Positions 18,174 through 26,721 of a stretch of 64,000 nucleotides of DNA are shown in pieces. Under the pieces are notes generated by a model. It saw nothing but the letters and a program-made list of their open reading frames with translations, was not told the origin of the DNA and ran no database searches. This stretch comes from Candidatus Moraniibacteriota bacterium (GTDB lineage Bacteria; Patescibacteriota; Minisyncoccia; Moranbacterales; GCA-2747515), in assembly GCA_046116545.1 (NCBI GenBank), contig CP175956.1, positions 1,558 to 65,557 on the forward strand. Reading direction: 5' to 3'. Position numbers and translations under genes: made by a program. Numbering within the stretch: the stretch's first letter is position 1; each line of letters begins with the position of its first letter.

Positions 18174-19695
18174 TTCAGTGTTACCCACAGCACTGATAAA
18201 CAAAATGATGAAAGACCGTGCAGTACGTACAAGTATTACGAAAGATAGCTTTATGTATTTCTTTCACTTTTACTATGCACATTATGTAAAATATCCAACA
18301 GCCGACTTTCAAAAAGAAATCATGCACCATCTTGAGACAAGTGCAACGGAAAATTTGTATGTGGTTGCTTTTCGTGGATCAGGTAAATCAACAGTTGTAA
18401 CAACTGCTTACCCTATTTGGGCAATACTTGGTAAACAACAAAAAAAGTTTTGTATGATCTTTACACAAACACAGGCACAAGCAAAACAGCACATGATGAA
18501 TATTCGCACGGAGCTTGAAGGTAATGAACTTCTCAAAAGAGACCTTGGACCATTTCAAGAAGAAAGTGATGAATGGGGTTCTCATTCGTTAGTTTTTAAA
18601 AAACACGGTGCACGCATTACAGTTGCTTCTACGGAGCAAAGTATTCGTGGTATCCGTCACAACGAACATCGACCTGATCTTTTTATTTGTGATGATGTTG
18701 AAGACGTACAATCAACTAAAACACGTGAGAGTCGAAATAAAACATATAACTGGTTGCGTGGCGAGGTTGTTCCTGCAGGTGATCGTAATACGAGACTTAT
18801 TATCGTTGGAAATCTACTACATGAAGATTCCCTACTAATGAGAATTAAAGATGAGGTTTCACAAGATAAGGCCGATGGCATATTTAAGTCCTATCCCCTC
18901 CTCGATGACAAGGAACATTGCATATGGCCAGGAAAGTATCCTGATGCTAAAGCATTGGAGAAAGAAAAAAAGAGTGTTGCAAGTGAATTATCTTGGCAAC
19001 GTGAATACCTCTTACGCATTATACCAAGTGATGATCAAGTTATTTATCCAGAATGGCTTCAGTACTATGATGAATTGCCTGGTGAAGATCACAAAGGTTA
19101 CCGTGCAACATATGCGGGAGTAGATCTTGCAATTTCCACAAAGGATTCTGCGGATGATACTGCCATTGTATTTGCTCACATCTATTCTCGATCAGACAAC
19201 CTAAGAATCTACATTCTACCAAATCCTATTGTAAAAAAGATTACATTTCCAGAACAAGTTGATCTTATGAAAGATATTACAAATACTCATCTTTCAGGTG
19301 AAGGTAGTAAGTTATTTGTTGAAAGTGTTGCCTACCAAGAGGCACTACCTCAAATGCTTGAGCATCAAGGAATTAATGCAACAGCCATTAAACCTAAGGG
19401 CGACAAGCGAACACGCCTTGCACTTACATCAACAGCAATAAAATCTGGGATTATTAAGTTTCCACGTAAAGGTTGTAAAAGATTAATTGAACAACTTGTT
19501 GGTTTTGGTGTAGAAAAACATGATGATCTAGCTGATGCATTTTCATTACTCATCAATGCAACAATGGACGAACATTCCAATGAAGGTACTATTCTTCTGT
19601 TTTGGTTAGGTAGTGATGATGACGACGATACACTCTACTGTAGCGACTACGTCGATATGGACAAAAATTGCGATAGAAAGGGTCGACCATTGTAA
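18154..19695 (+). CDS. Phage terminase large subunit (ATPase plus RNaseH-like nuclease)
   Basis: 513 aa. Walker A is FRGSGKST and Walker B is LFICDDVED. Acidic nuclease motifs are GVDLAIS..DDTAIV and HDDLADAF. Confidence 0.8.
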   Translation: MTKRKTNSVLPTALINKMMKDRAVRTSITKDSFMYFFHFYYAHYVKYPTADFQKEIMHHLETSATENLYVVAFRGSGKSTVVTTAYPIWAILGKQQKKFCMIFTQTQAQAKQHMMNIRTELEGNELLKRDLGPFQEESDEWGSHSLVFKKHGARITVASTEQSIRGIRHNEHRPDLFICDDVEDVQSTKTRESRNKTYNWLRGEVVPAGDRNTRLIIVGNLLHEDSLLMRIKDEVSQDKADGIFKSYPLLDDKEHCIWPGKYPDAKALEKEKKSVASELSWQREYLLRIIPSDDQVIYPEWLQYYDELPGEDHKGYRATYAGVDLAISTKDSADDTAIVFAHIYSRSDNLRIYILPNPIVKKITFPEQVDLMKDITNTHLSGEGSKLFVESVAYQEALPQMLEHQGINATAIKPKGDKRTRLALTSTAIKSGIIKFPRKGCKRLIEQLVGFGVEKHDDLADAFSLLINATMDEHSNEGTILLFWLGSDDDDDTLYCSDYVDMDKNCDRKGRPL

Positions 19696-19777
19696 CGCAG
19701 TTCATGTATTTTGCATAGACTTAGCAAAACATACATTCTCTGTCATTAATAGATATATAACAATTTATTAATGATGT

Positions 19778-21076
19778 ATGACGACACAAGAATTATCAAC
19801 AGAAAATATTCGCTATTGCCTATATGCTCGTAAGTCAACTGAATCTGATGAAAAACAAGCTTTATCGATTGAGTCACAAATTAAAGAAATGCTTGCAATT
19901 GCAGAACGTGAAAATCTTAATGTCATTGATATTAGACGTGAATCGCATTCTGCAAAAGATTCTGGGACACGTCCAGTATTTAAAGAACTTTTAGAAGATA
20001 TTCAAAGAGGTCGATATACTGGAATAATAACATGGGCACCTGATCGATTATCTCGTAATGCTGGTGACTTAGGATCTATTGTAGATCTCATGGATGAACA
20101 GAAATTAGCAGAGATTCGTACTTATGGTCAAACATTTAGAAACTCTCCAAATGAAAAATTTCTTTTGATGATTCTTTGTAGTCAAGCAAAGCTTGAAAAT
20201 GACAATAAAAGCATTAATGTCAAACGAGGCTTACGAGCAAAGGTGGAAATGGGCTTATGGCCATCTGTGGCACCTACTGGATATCTAAATATTAAAGAAA
20301 TTGATAAGAAGGGACATGTAAAAATTGATTCTGAACGTGGTCCTATTATAAAAAAAATATTTGAAAAAGTTGCCTATGAAAAGTGGTCTGGAAGGAAGGT
20401 CTATAATTGGTTAAGATTTGAACTTAACTTCAAAACAGCAGCAGGTAACAAAAATTTATCTTTAAGTAATATATATCTTGTACTTCAAAACACTTTCTAC
20501 TATGGTACTTTTGAATATCCTCGTGGAAGTGGTAACTGGTATAAAGGAAAGCATAAGCCTATCATCACCAAAGAGCTATTTGATCAAGTACAAGAGCAAG
20601 TCAAAAGCCAAGCACTTACAGCTCGAAAATCAAAAGAATTTGCATTTACCAAAATTATGATATGTGGACAATGTGGCTCAGGCATATCAGCTGATGAGAA
20701 ATTTAAAAAACTTGCAAGTGGTGATGTTAAAAGATATGTATATTACCTATGTGCAAAATCAAAAGATGTTAATTGCAAAGGGTGTTACACCGAAGAAAAA
20801 GCTCTAATTCAAGAATTTAAAAAACTTGTCGATACAATTGGCATTAATGAAAAAGTTATGCGGGAGAAAATTAAAAAAGAGGTAACTCGAATTAAAAAAT
20901 TTCAACAATCTTTACTTAATATTGAGCAAGATATAAAAATTAGTGAAATTGATATTAAGAACTATGCAAAATTTATATTAAATGACGGTGATCTTTATGA
21001 AAAACGAGAATTACTTGATTGCTTTCAGGGTAAATTAGTATTAAAAGATAAAAAATTAACATTACAAAAAATATGA
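19778..21076 (+). CDS. Large serine recombinase/integrase
   Basis: 432 aa. The resolvase catalytic domain is YARKSTESDEKQ...RLSRN, followed by a recombinase domain and a zinc ribbon (CGQCGSG...C..C). Confidence 0.8.
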   Translation: MTTQELSTENIRYCLYARKSTESDEKQALSIESQIKEMLAIAERENLNVIDIRRESHSAKDSGTRPVFKELLEDIQRGRYTGIITWAPDRLSRNAGDLGSIVDLMDEQKLAEIRTYGQTFRNSPNEKFLLMILCSQAKLENDNKSINVKRGLRAKVEMGLWPSVAPTGYLNIKEIDKKGHVKIDSERGPIIKKIFEKVAYEKWSGRKVYNWLRFELNFKTAAGNKNLSLSNIYLVLQNTFYYGTFEYPRGSGNWYKGKHKPIITKELFDQVQEQVKSQALTARKSKEFAFTKIMICGQCGSGISADEKFKKLASGDVKRYVYYLCAKSKDVNCKGCYTEEKALIQEFKKLVDTIGINEKVMREKIKKEVTRIKKFQQSLLNIEQDIKISEIDIKNYAKFILNDGDLYEKRELLDCFQGKLVLKDKKLTLQKI

Positions 21077-21334
21077 GACCACCCTAAAAATAACTGACAC
21101 ACCCGTATTGAAAAAGTTCTTTTAAAAGTGTATAGTAAAGATACAATTTGAAAAACAGGCCCAACCGCCAATTATGGTGAGTGGTCTGAAAATCCAACCA
21201 AAGCAGTAAACTCCTCGTGAGGATGCCTTTGGTTGGTCATATCTAGGAATAGATATGGAGTCAGAAATGGCTCACCTTGCGGGGAGCTTTTTGTATCTCC
21301 CGCAATTATAATTAACCTAATGCAAATAACGCGT

Positions 21335-22276
21335 ATGAAAAATATACCAAAACCAACACTAATCACTATTGTAATAGCAATATTGCTATTTGTTATCATG
21401 CCAAAAGATGACTTTTTTATGCTGTGGCTGCTTATATTCTTATTTTCATTTTTAATCAGCTGGTTGGCACCTAAAATATTTTATCCTATTTTTGCACACA
21501 AACTATCAAAAGGACTATTGAGAACGGTACTTGGCTTATTGACAGTAGCCTGTTTTGTATTATTTGGAATAACAACAAATATGATTACAGATAATGAACA
21601 AAAAATTAAAAAAGATACTGCCAATATTGCAAGTCAAAAGTCGGAGACACTAATTACAAAAGCTGAAAGTTACATCAATGATAATAATATAGAACAAGCA
21701 ACAGTTGTATTATTAGAAGCTAAAAAATTAGATCCTCGCAATAGCAATGTATCAACTCTCCAAAGAGATATTAATAGACTGCAAGATTCTGATGAAATCA
21801 AAAAAATACTAACAAAAATGTCTGATGATGATTTTAATTTACTAATAGACAACAAATTACTTACGGAATTTCTTGTCAATAAAAAATTAAATGAATTATT
21901 TATTAAAGAATTACAAAATGATGGGAATGCAAGAAAAGATTATGTAATTGAAGCTGAACAAAAAAGAAAAGAGGCTGAAAAAGAGAATCAAGAGAAGGCT
22001 GATGAGGAAGAAAGGCTAAAACGAGAATCAACCCTAGAAAGTCAATTCAGTGCATGGGATGGATCACATAGAAACCTTTCGCGTATGATTAAAGATTCCA
22101 TGAATGATCCAAAAAGTTATGATCATGTGGAAACTAGATATTTTGATATGGAAGATCATCTAGTTGTAATCACTACATTTAGAGGATCAAATGCATTTGG
22201 TGCACTTATAAAAAATACTGTCAAAGCAAAAGTGTCACTAGAAGGTGATGTACTCGAAATCATTGAACAATTTTAA
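21335..22276 (+). CDS. Hypothetical membrane-anchored coiled-coil protein
   Basis: The start was re-set to the ATG at 21335 (MKNIPKPTLITIVIAILLF...). The tracked ORF has a non-coding-looking N-terminal extension over a structured region. Confidence 0.45.
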   Translation: MKNIPKPTLITIVIAILLFVIMPKDDFFMLWLLIFLFSFLISWLAPKIFYPIFAHKLSKGLLRTVLGLLTVACFVLFGITTNMITDNEQKIKKDTANIASQKSETLITKAESYINDNNIEQATVVLLEAKKLDPRNSNVSTLQRDINRLQDSDEIKKILTKMSDDDFNLLIDNKLLTEFLVNKKLNELFIKELQNDGNARKDYVIEAEQKRKEAEKENQEKADEEERLKRESTLESQFSAWDGSHRNLSRMIKDSMNDPKSYDHVETRYFDMEDHLVVITTFRGSNAFGALIKNTVKAKVSLEGDVLEIIEQF

Positions 22277-22372
22277 AAAAATACAATCACTCTATATAAA
22301 CTATATCAAAAGAAGGCTACTCTAAAATGAGTAACCTTCTTTTTTGTTTTATATATCTATATTTAAAAAATA

Positions 22373-23488
22373 TTATACATCAATTTTTTTAACATACTTT
22401 TCAAAAACTGGTTGCATTTTTATTAAACCATCTAGTAAAAATGTAATTATCTCAGCATGATCTTCTGTACTATAAACACTTACTTCATTATTTTGTCGTT
22501 TAATTCGTGAAGTAACTTTGTCTTCCATACGTTCCCATTCCAACTCCAACCCAATCTCTCGCTCTATTTCCTCCTTATATGATTCAAATGCATCAAATAT
22601 TTTTTTATTTTCTTCCTTTTTTCCACGATTAATATAAACCTCGTAGCGTGCATATTTCCCAGACACTACAAGACTCATTGATACACCGGACTTTCCTAGT
22701 CCTACAGGAATCCACATTTCAGTTCTTGCTGTTAAATTTTCTGTTAGATGTTTAGTTTGCTCCGTTTTACTTGATGATTCCAGAAATTTTGACCAAAAAG
22801 ATTTTATTTTTTCTTGCCTAGAGCCACGAACCCTCTGACTCAATGTTTCTTTCTTTTGCTTTTCTGCAATCTTAATCATAAATTCTTCTGCATCTTCAAG
22901 TGGAATAATCTGTTTAAAGTCAATAATATAATCTTCTTTGAGTTTATATGGTGTAGCCTTAAAGCACACAATGTCTATCCCATTATTTAAAAGCCACATT
23001 ACAGTCGATGTAACTTCTTTTCTATAGCTACCTGAAACTAAAATCATTCTTTGTGAATAACCTATATTAACTTTTTCAGCATATTCTTCACCATCAAAAA
23101 ATTCTGCTAACATATCCCTTGCACTCTCTTCACAATTTATATCTTCAAGATAATCAGCATATATCATTTCGATATCCTCAATCGATAAACTTGAACAATA
23201 CGACACATATTTCAATGCTTGCCATGTAACGTCTTTTCCCGTGCTATCCAGCTTATTTTCAATAATCACTAAATTACCAGATTTATCTAAGGCTAACAAG
23301 TCCAACCTTTCTTTTGTCTCATCAAATCCTGCAAATTCTTTTTGAATAATTAAGAGTTCTTCTCCAAGGCATGATGGATTTTTTGCTATCCACTCTTGTA
23401 AATTCTTTCGTTCCTTAAATCCAGCCTCTGAAAAAGTTACTGGCGATATTTCATTTAGATCATTATTACTTTTATCTATTATGTACAT
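22373..23488 (-). CDS. PD-(D/E)xK nuclease-fold protein with a C-terminal uncharacterised domain (possibly DUF4268-like), adjacent to the R-M system
   Basis: 371 aa. The N-terminal motif is LDLLALDKSGNLVIIENKLD (D...ExK). Confidence 0.45.
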   Translation of the reverse strand: MYIIDKSNNDLNEISPVTFSEAGFKERKNLQEWIAKNPSCLGEELLIIQKEFAGFDETKERLDLLALDKSGNLVIIENKLDSTGKDVTWQALKYVSYCSSLSIEDIEMIYADYLEDINCEESARDMLAEFFDGEEYAEKVNIGYSQRMILVSGSYRKEVTSTVMWLLNNGIDIVCFKATPYKLKEDYIIDFKQIIPLEDAEEFMIKIAEKQKKETLSQRVRGSRQEKIKSFWSKFLESSSKTEQTKHLTENLTARTEMWIPVGLGKSGVSMSLVVSGKYARYEVYINRGKKEENKKIFDAFESYKEEIEREIGLELEWERMEDKVTSRIKRQNNEVSVYSTEDHAEIITFLLDGLIKMQPVFEKYVKKIDV

Positions 23489-23545
23489 ATTTTTATTTAT
23501 TATATTTTTTATTTATACTAAAAATTCTAAAATCTGATTTGTAAA

Positions 23546-24226
23546 TTAACTTAATATAGCAAATAATTGTGCCATGGTTGGGTGATTTTTATCATAAAAA
23601 TATTCCAACTGCCCTTTTCCATTATCTATTTTTCTCATTAAGAATTCTTTGCTCTCATCTGGTTTTTCTCTTAAATCACAAGTTCTGTCTAGACTTAGCA
23701 ATATATCTATATTTGAATATTCCTCTTTCCCACCGTTTTCATCTTTCAAATAATAAATAACTCCTGTAGAATTATCTATCTCCCAATGAAACCTTTTTAA
23801 AACTGTTTTATGTTTTAGATCAACTTTATATGCAAATAAAATAAATTTCATTTTATCATTCACATGCTTCATTCCTTTTATTCTTGCTATGTCTTTGTCA
23901 TATTTTTTTAAATCACCTCCCGTAGCATTGCTTTTTATTTCAATAACAAATAATACATCTCTTATATCCACTATTTCTTGATTTCCAATTTTTCTAGTTG
24001 GAGCATTGGCATCCAATAAAATACAATCACATTGAGGACTTTGCTTTCCATTTTCATCAACAATAACACCATTGATTGCTCTGTATCTCGGCAATCTTTT
24101 AATAATAACTTCTTTCAGAAAATCCTCCCTAACTTCTCCTCTTGTAAGTTTATGTTCTATAGTTTCTGAAACTTCATATTGAGCTATTAATAAATTTTGT
24201 ATATATTCATCATATTTTCTAAGCAT
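23546..24226 (-). CDS. PD-(D/E)xK restriction-endonuclease-like protein
   Basis: 226 aa. Motif QCDCILLDANAP...VLFVIEIKSNA (D...ExK). Confidence 0.45.
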   Translation of the reverse strand: MLRKYDEYIQNLLIAQYEVSETIEHKLTRGEVREDFLKEVIIKRLPRYRAINGVIVDENGKQSPQCDCILLDANAPTRKIGNQEIVDIRDVLFVIEIKSNATGGDLKKYDKDIARIKGMKHVNDKMKFILFAYKVDLKHKTVLKRFHWEIDNSTGVIYYLKDENGGKEEYSNIDILLSLDRTCDLREKPDESKEFLMRKIDNGKGQLEYFYDKNHPTMAQLFAILS

Positions 24227-24239
24227 AATAATACATAAA

Positions 24240-26717
24240 TTATTGTCCCCAAACTTCAGAGATTTTAGTTTTTAGTTTTTGTTCAAAAATTTCAATGAGT
24301 TTTTTATTTGCATCAACTATTTTTTGTTCTATTTCAATGTCTTCTATAATTTTTTCTTGTATTTTCATTGGAGCTAAAGGAAATTTTAATGTTTTTAAAA
24401 TTCTACCATTGAGCACTGGCATTGTTACACCTCCAGCTTTTTGATTAAGTTGAGAAAAAATCAAATCACTTTGAAAATATTTTTGAAAAAATATCGGCAT
24501 CATTTTTTCTTCATCTAATGTAATTTTTATTAAGCGAGGATTTATAATACCCTTCTCAAATACAGGCGGAACAATAACTATTTTTCCTATAGTTCCAACA
24601 AGGCTAATTAAGATGTCATCAGTCTTTATTTTACAGCTCTCTAATTCTCTAAATTTTTCCTCATCAATATAATAATTGCCGTATGTAAAATCATTCTTAA
24701 TTACGTGTTCTTGTCCATAAATTTTATAACCACTTTTTACATAAAATTCTTTTTTAAGAGAGGATCCAAAAGGTCCTGCTTTCATGGAATGCTTCTTATC
24801 TGATAATAATTTTTCTAGTTCCACCATTTCCCAATCTGGATCAATTTTTATATTTGGTTTCCAGTTTTCTACAACCTGTTTTGCTCCGTCGATAACTTTT
24901 TGATAACCGTCTAATTCTTTGACAATTTGTTTTTGAATTTCAAGAGGTGGAAGTGGGATTTTAATTTTTGCATATTGTGATATCCAATACCTTTTATGAG
25001 TAGAAGAGTTAAAATCTATATTTTTCATCATTAAAAATATAAAATCAATACTAGATAATGTTTTATCTTTTATTTTTAATATTTTCATGGCTGATGATTT
25101 AACCTTAAACGGAAAATCAACAAACTTTGTTGCAGTAGTAAAATCATCAAATATAATAACTGGAAGGTGATCTTCTGAGAAAATTCCATCATTTTCATCT
25201 GTATATCCAAGTAAAAAACTCTTACCAGCAGTTAAAACTGGTATTTTATAATTTTTATTATAGTTAGTTGAGCTAACTATATAATTAGTTGGTTGTTCGT
25301 AATCTAAAACATCTCCCAACTCCACCATCTCCCACTTAACATTAGAATAATCTACAACTTCCCTATATCTATCTCCTATCAGATTATAATCTCCACTTTC
25401 TACGATTTTTGTTTTTTTAATTGCAAAAGCAATAGTTTGATTTTTCTTTACTTTCTGATTCCCTTTCCATTCTCTCAAAATCTCTAAAGCTAATGGTAAA
25501 TCATTTTTATCTGGAGTTTCTCGCCTCTGCGCTCCTAAATCAAAACCATCTTGATTAATTTTTAAAAATAAAATTTCTTTATTCTTTTTTGTAATATCTT
25601 TGTCAAAAAGTAATATTGAGGTCTTTACTCCAGAATAAGGATTAAAAACCCCGGACGGCAATGACACTACTGCATAGAGCCCATCCTCTACCAAATCTTT
25701 ACGGAGTGCTTTATAAGCATTTGCTGATTGAAAAACAACTCCTTCAGGCACGATGATTCCCGCCCGACCTTTTAAACTAAGATGTTCCAAAATATAATCA
25801 ACAAAAAGAACCTCTGCTCTCTTTGCCTTTGATTTAAATTTTGAATGTGGCTCAATCCCACCTTTTGGTGTCATGAATGGCGGGTTGGCTAAAATTACAT
25901 CAAATTCCTCATCCCAATGTTCCGTTTTTGAAATCGTATCATAAACCTTAATATCTGGATTTTTGAACTTATGTAAATATGTATTTACTTTTGCAGTTTT
26001 TACCATATTTGGGTCAATATCGTACCCTGTGATATTTTTATGAATTTTTGACCTTTCTGAAGCTGTTAACGGGGTTTCTTTACCTGTTGGCTTTCCTGTT
26101 TTGTTATCAATGCCATCATGAGCTTCTATAATATGTTTATAGGCAGAAATTAAAAAACCTGCAGTCCCACAGGCTGGGTCTAAAATCCTATCATCTTTTT
26201 TAGGGTCAATAGCCCTTACAATAAAATCAATGATATGTCGTGGTGTTCTAAACTGTCCTGCATCTCCTTGCGACCCCATAATACTGAGCAGATATTCATA
26301 GGCATTTCCAAGCTCTTCCGAATTGTCGTAATCAAACTGGTTTATTTCTGACAAAAATAATCCTAAAATTCGAGGGTCATTAAACGGTAAATATGTATTC
26401 CTAAAAATTGACCTGAAGAGTTCTGGGATTTTTTCACTTTCTGATATTTTTTTAGTTGCTTCTTGATAACGATTTAATTTATCTTGATTTGTCAGTCTCG
26501 TATCCATTAAATTGTGCCAAGAATACTCTTTCAACTCACCCACGAAAAAACTACCTTTTCCATTTGGTAATCTCCTTGCTTCTTCATCCATATCATCCAT
26601 AAATTTATAAATGAGAGCAATGGTTATTTGTTCCACTTGTTGCATTGGATTTGGCAATACTCCTACCAATACTTGTCTTGCCCCATCTATCCTTCTTTTT
26701 GCTTCTGATGTTAACAT
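24240..26717 (-). CDS. hsdM: Type I restriction-modification HsdM-HsdS fusion (N6-adenine methyltransferase plus two target-recognition domains)
   Basis: 825 aa. HsdM motifs are QFRTPRHIIDFIV, DPACGTAGFL (motif I) and LANPPF (motif IV). Two target-recognition-domain repeats each start WEMVELGDVL/WEMVELEKLL, with conserved HsdS blocks PLPPLEIQKQIV and PLAPMKIQEKII. Confidence 0.8.
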   Translation of the reverse strand: MLTSEAKRRIDGARQVLVGVLPNPMQQVEQITIALIYKFMDDMDEEARRLPNGKGSFFVGELKEYSWHNLMDTRLTNQDKLNRYQEATKKISESEKIPELFRSIFRNTYLPFNDPRILGLFLSEINQFDYDNSEELGNAYEYLLSIMGSQGDAGQFRTPRHIIDFIVRAIDPKKDDRILDPACGTAGFLISAYKHIIEAHDGIDNKTGKPTGKETPLTASERSKIHKNITGYDIDPNMVKTAKVNTYLHKFKNPDIKVYDTISKTEHWDEEFDVILANPPFMTPKGGIEPHSKFKSKAKRAEVLFVDYILEHLSLKGRAGIIVPEGVVFQSANAYKALRKDLVEDGLYAVVSLPSGVFNPYSGVKTSILLFDKDITKKNKEILFLKINQDGFDLGAQRRETPDKNDLPLALEILREWKGNQKVKKNQTIAFAIKKTKIVESGDYNLIGDRYREVVDYSNVKWEMVELGDVLDYEQPTNYIVSSTNYNKNYKIPVLTAGKSFLLGYTDENDGIFSEDHLPVIIFDDFTTATKFVDFPFKVKSSAMKILKIKDKTLSSIDFIFLMMKNIDFNSSTHKRYWISQYAKIKIPLPPLEIQKQIVKELDGYQKVIDGAKQVVENWKPNIKIDPDWEMVELEKLLSDKKHSMKAGPFGSSLKKEFYVKSGYKIYGQEHVIKNDFTYGNYYIDEEKFRELESCKIKTDDILISLVGTIGKIVIVPPVFEKGIINPRLIKITLDEEKMMPIFFQKYFQSDLIFSQLNQKAGGVTMPVLNGRILKTLKFPLAPMKIQEKIIEDIEIEQKIVDANKKLIEIFEQKLKTKISEVWGQ

Positions 26718-26721
26718 AATT

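Noticed and set aside
21233-21334. N-terminal 34-codon extension of the 21233 ORF
   Set aside because: The extension runs through a hairpin-rich non-coding region. A Met with a hydrophobic signal/TM sequence is at 21335 and is the more plausible start.
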